Source: an uncultured Clostridia bacterium
GTDB taxonomy: Bacteria > Bacillota > Clostridia > UBA1381
NCBI GenBank assembly: GCA_947624165.1
Contig: CANQJC010000006.1
Location: forward strand, 14,861-78,860
Reading direction: 5' to 3'
Length of the DNA stretch: 64,000 bases
The translations under genes and the position numbers were made by a program. Within the stretch, counting starts at the first letter, position 1. Each line of letters opens with the position of its first letter. The notes under the pieces are model-generated. The model was not told the DNA's origin. It saw nothing but the letters and a program-made list of their open reading frames with translations, and made no database searches. Positions 61,276 through 64,000 of this stretch are shown here, piece after piece.

Positions 61276-61528
61276 TGCAAAGCTCGATATGCTGAAAAAA
61301 ATACAGGCAAATCATTTTGCGGCTTACGATATGCTTCTCTATCTCGACACGCACAAGGACGACCCAAAAGCGTTTTCCATGTACCGCGATCTTGTGAACA
61401 AAACCGAGGAGCTGAAGAATGAATATCAAAAGGAGTACGGACCGCTGACAGCGTTCGCCGCGGCGCAGCAGAGCGGATTTAATTGGACGGAAAGTCCGTG
61501 GCCTTGGGAAAAGGAGGGAAATAAATAA
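61265..61528 (+). CDS. cotJB: Spore coat protein CotJB
   Basis: LYLDTH, YGPLT, W...PWPWE. Confidence 0.93.
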   Translation: MDSNAKLDMLKKIQANHFAAYDMLLYLDTHKDDPKAFSMYRDLVNKTEELKNEYQKEYGPLTAFAAAQQSGFNWTESPWPWEKEGNK

Positions 61529-61728
61529 TGTTTGAATATAAAAAATTTCTTGAATATCCCGTAAAAATCAAAAACGTTAACCCGAGACTTGCAAACATTA
61601 TCATAACTCAATACGGAGGTCCGAACGGCGAGCTTGCGGCGTCGCTGAGATACTTGTCCCAGCGTTACGTCATGCCCGACGATGTGTCTAAGGCTTTGCT
61701 TACCGACATCGGTACATCAATCGTCTAA
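61528..61728 (+). pseudogene. cotJC: 5' fragment of cotJC (manganese catalase family), interrupted at about 61716
   Basis: LEYPV..TQYGGPNGELAASLRYLSQRY..LLTDIGT then SIV-stop, where the family continues with EELxH. Confidence 0.88.
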
Positions 61729-61925
61729 TGCTACCGTGGACAAGTATAATATAAAATTGGCTGAAACTGTAGCTGTAGAACGGTTTAAGAAGTATGGCAC
61801 ACAAACGGAAGGCGACACACGGAAAATAGACAAAGGCGATGAAGTTGAAGTCGGAATAAAGCTTTATACATAAAATATAGACGCTGTATCATTTTGGTAC
61901 AGTGTTTTTCATTGGAGGGAATAAG

Positions 61926-62770
61926 ATGCAATTAGATTACTTCTATGGCAACGAATCGGAACAGTTTACGTTTTATCGTATTCCGAAGCTGCTCGTAACT
62001 TCGCCGCAGTTCAGGCGCGTATCGGACAGCGCAAAGCCTGCTGTACGGACTGATGCTCGACCGCATGAGCCTATCCGTTAAAAACGGTTGGTTTGATGAA
62101 CAAAATCGGGCGTACATATATTTCACGGTCAACGACATTATGGAGCAAATGCTATGCGGAACGGAAAAGGCGACAAAGCTCGTTGCGGAGCTTGATTGTG
62201 TCAAGGGAATTGGTCTTATCAAGCGCGTTAAGCAAGGTCAGGGCAAACCCGCGAAGGTTTATCTGAAAAAGTTTGTTGATTACACAGCGGAATTCAAGGT
62301 TTTCGGAAACCGAAAGTGCAGACTTTCGGCAACCGAAATGTAATGATAATAATATAAATAATACTGATTTGAACGAAATCAATCCTATCAATCATAGCAA
62401 TACGAGATGGATTGACAGATACAACAAAACAATCGCTGAAATCAAGGAACAGATTGAATACGACAGCTTAATAGACGATAACGATACGGAGATAATCGAC
62501 AACATCGTAAACGTCATGGCGGACGTTATGCTTTTGGACGAGCCGTACTATACGATTGAGGGCAAGAGCATACCCGCCGAATTGGTTCGGATTCGTTATC
62601 GACAGATTACGTACAGCAATTTAGAGGCGTTTTTGTTGGAGTTCAGAGAGGTGTATTACAAGATACACAATGCAAAGGCGTATCTTACGACGGCGCTGTA
62701 TAATGTGGCACTGACCGCGAGTACGGCGCTGACGAACAGAGTTAATAACGATTTACGGGGAGGTGAATAA
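61926..62770 (+). pseudogene. repA: RepA_N replication initiator, two frameshifts
   Basis: MQLDYFYGNESEQFTFYRIPK..SDSAK [extra C at 62037/62038] LLYGLMLDRMSLS.KNGWFD..; second shift near 62290-62310 into ..NNINNTD..IKEQIEY..YLTTALYN. Confidence 0.8.
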
Positions 62771-62771
62771 A

Positions 62772-63590
62772 ATGAGCAAGGTAATAGCTGTCGCTAATCA
62801 AAAGGGCGGCGTTGGTAAAACGACTACTGCTGTCAATCTCGGCATCGGGCTTGCGAACGAGGGCAAGCGCGTACTGCTCGTGGACTGCGATCCGCAGGCG
62901 GATTTGACGAAAAGCCTCGGTTATGAAAATCCCGACGATATGGACGTTACGCTATCGACAGTGATGCAGAAGGTTATCGAGGAACAGCCGATAGAAAACG
63001 GCTTCGGAGTCCTGCGCCATGCGGAGGGCGTTGACGTGTTACCGTCGAATATCGAATTATCGGGCATGGAAACGGCGCTTGTCAATATTATGAGCCGCGA
63101 ACGGGTATTGAAGGAGTATATCGGTCAGGTCAAGGAAAATTACGATTATGTTCTGCTTGACTGCGCTCCGACGCTCGGTATGCTGACGATAAACGCGCTG
63201 ACGGCGGCAAATGAGGTAATTATTCCCGTGCAGGCGCAATTTCTTCCGGCGAAAGGTTTGGAGCAGCTTATGAAAACGGTTGCGAAAGTGCGGCGGCAGA
63301 TTAACCCGAATTTGAAAATTGGCGGCATACTGCTGACTATGGTCGATAACCGTACCAATCTCGCGAGGAATGTTTCAAAGGTCATACGCGATACATACGG
63401 CAGAAATCTGAATATTTTTAAGACGGAAATTCCATCGTCAGTGCGCGCAGCCGAAACTTCAGCGGCAGGAAAAAGTATTTTTGCTTACGATAAGAGCGGC
63501 AAAGCGGCTGAAGCATACAAAAATTTGACAAAGGAGGTGATAAACAGTGGCAAGGCAAGGAGTAAACATCGGTCTGACATCATACGATGA
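62772..63590 (+). CDS. parA: ParA/Soj family ATPase
   Basis: NQKGGVGKTTT, DCDPQ, DCAPTLG, IIPVQ. Confidence 0.95.
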   Translation: MSKVIAVANQKGGVGKTTTAVNLGIGLANEGKRVLLVDCDPQADLTKSLGYENPDDMDVTLSTVMQKVIEEQPIENGFGVLRHAEGVDVLPSNIELSGMETALVNIMSRERVLKEYIGQVKENYDYVLLDCAPTLGMLTINALTAANEVIIPVQAQFLPAKGLEQLMKTVAKVRRQINPNLKIGGILLTMVDNRTNLARNVSKVIRDTYGRNLNIFKTEIPSSVRAAETSAAGKSIFAYDKSGKAAEAYKNLTKEVINSGKARSKHRSDIIR

Positions 63591-64000
63591 TATTTTCAAA
63601 GCGGACGATAGCCGAGATATGGACGAAATACGTTCCGTTCCGCTGTCGGAGCTAAAGCCGTTCGAGGAACAGCCGTTCAAGGTACTGCTCGACGAGAGCA
63701 TGGACGAATTGGTTGACAGTATCAAGGAAAGCGGCGTACTATCCCCTATTATCGCACGACCGCATAAGGACGGCGGCTATGAGATATTATCGGGGCATAG
63801 GCGCGCAAAAGCTTGTGAACTTGCGGGGATTGAAAATGTTCCCGTTATCGTGAAAAATCTTGACGACGATACGGCGACGATTTTGCTTGTGGACAGTAAT
63901 CTGCAACGAGAGAATATATTGCCGAGCGAGAAAGCGTATGCGTATCGGCTGAAATTAGAAGCTATGAAGCGCAAGGCGGGCAGACCGTCAAAAGAAAATG
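63547..64000 (+). CDS. parB: ParB family partition protein (partial, runs off the window)
   Basis: GTG start after AGGAGG; SYDDIF, PFKV, SIKESGVL.PII.RP, EILSGHRR, VDSNLQRE..LPSEKA. Confidence 0.92.
   Translation, partial: MARQGVNIGLTSYDDIFKADDSRDMDEIRSVPLSELKPFEEQPFKVLLDESMDELVDSIKESGVLSPIIARPHKDGGYEILSGHRRAKACELAGIENVPVIVKNLDDDTATILLVDSNLQRENILPSEKAYAYRLKLEAMKRKAGRPSKEN

Larger units (their letters stand above)
61717..64000. mobile_element. Left end of an ICE/IME-like element inserted in cotJC (continues beyond the window)
   Basis: Abrupt loss of cotJC homology, AT-richer sequence, repA-parA-parB module typical of Clostridia conjugative elements; no integrase within the window. Confidence 0.78.

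Noticed and set aside
61682-61873. 63-aa ORF across the cotJC junction
   Set aside because: It starts out of frame inside cotJC, has no RBS and is not the missing CotJC C-terminus; a gene remnant cannot be excluded.

Overview
Mostly core chromosome of a spore-forming Clostridia-type bacterium (inferred from a complete spoIIIAA-AH operon, abrB, ylmC, a GerMN gene, cotJABC and SLH proteins). About 70 housekeeping, cell-envelope and sporulation CDS are present, plus one tRNA-Thr(CGT). Two regions stand out. (1) 43.3-46.9 kb is a probably highly expressed two-gene surface operon: a secreted non-catalytic protein with a near-perfectly symmetric dockerin, followed by an SLH-anchored protein with two cohesin-like repeats. 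It looks like a non-cellulosomal cohesin-dockerin surface assembly, with an intergenic stem-loop and a downstream strand-skewed C-rich tract. (2) At about 61716 the spore-coat Mn-catalase gene cotJC is cut just before its di-manganese ligands by an ICE-like element (doubly frameshifted repA, parA, parB) that runs off the window, a candidate skin-like gene-intervening element. Also noted: RBS-sequestering hairpins straddling putative sigmaE promoters, a structured leader before a DUF2798-like gene, clustered GGGGACACTAAAA motifs and GTAG REP-like repeats. All family calls come from motif recognition by eye, not from database searches.
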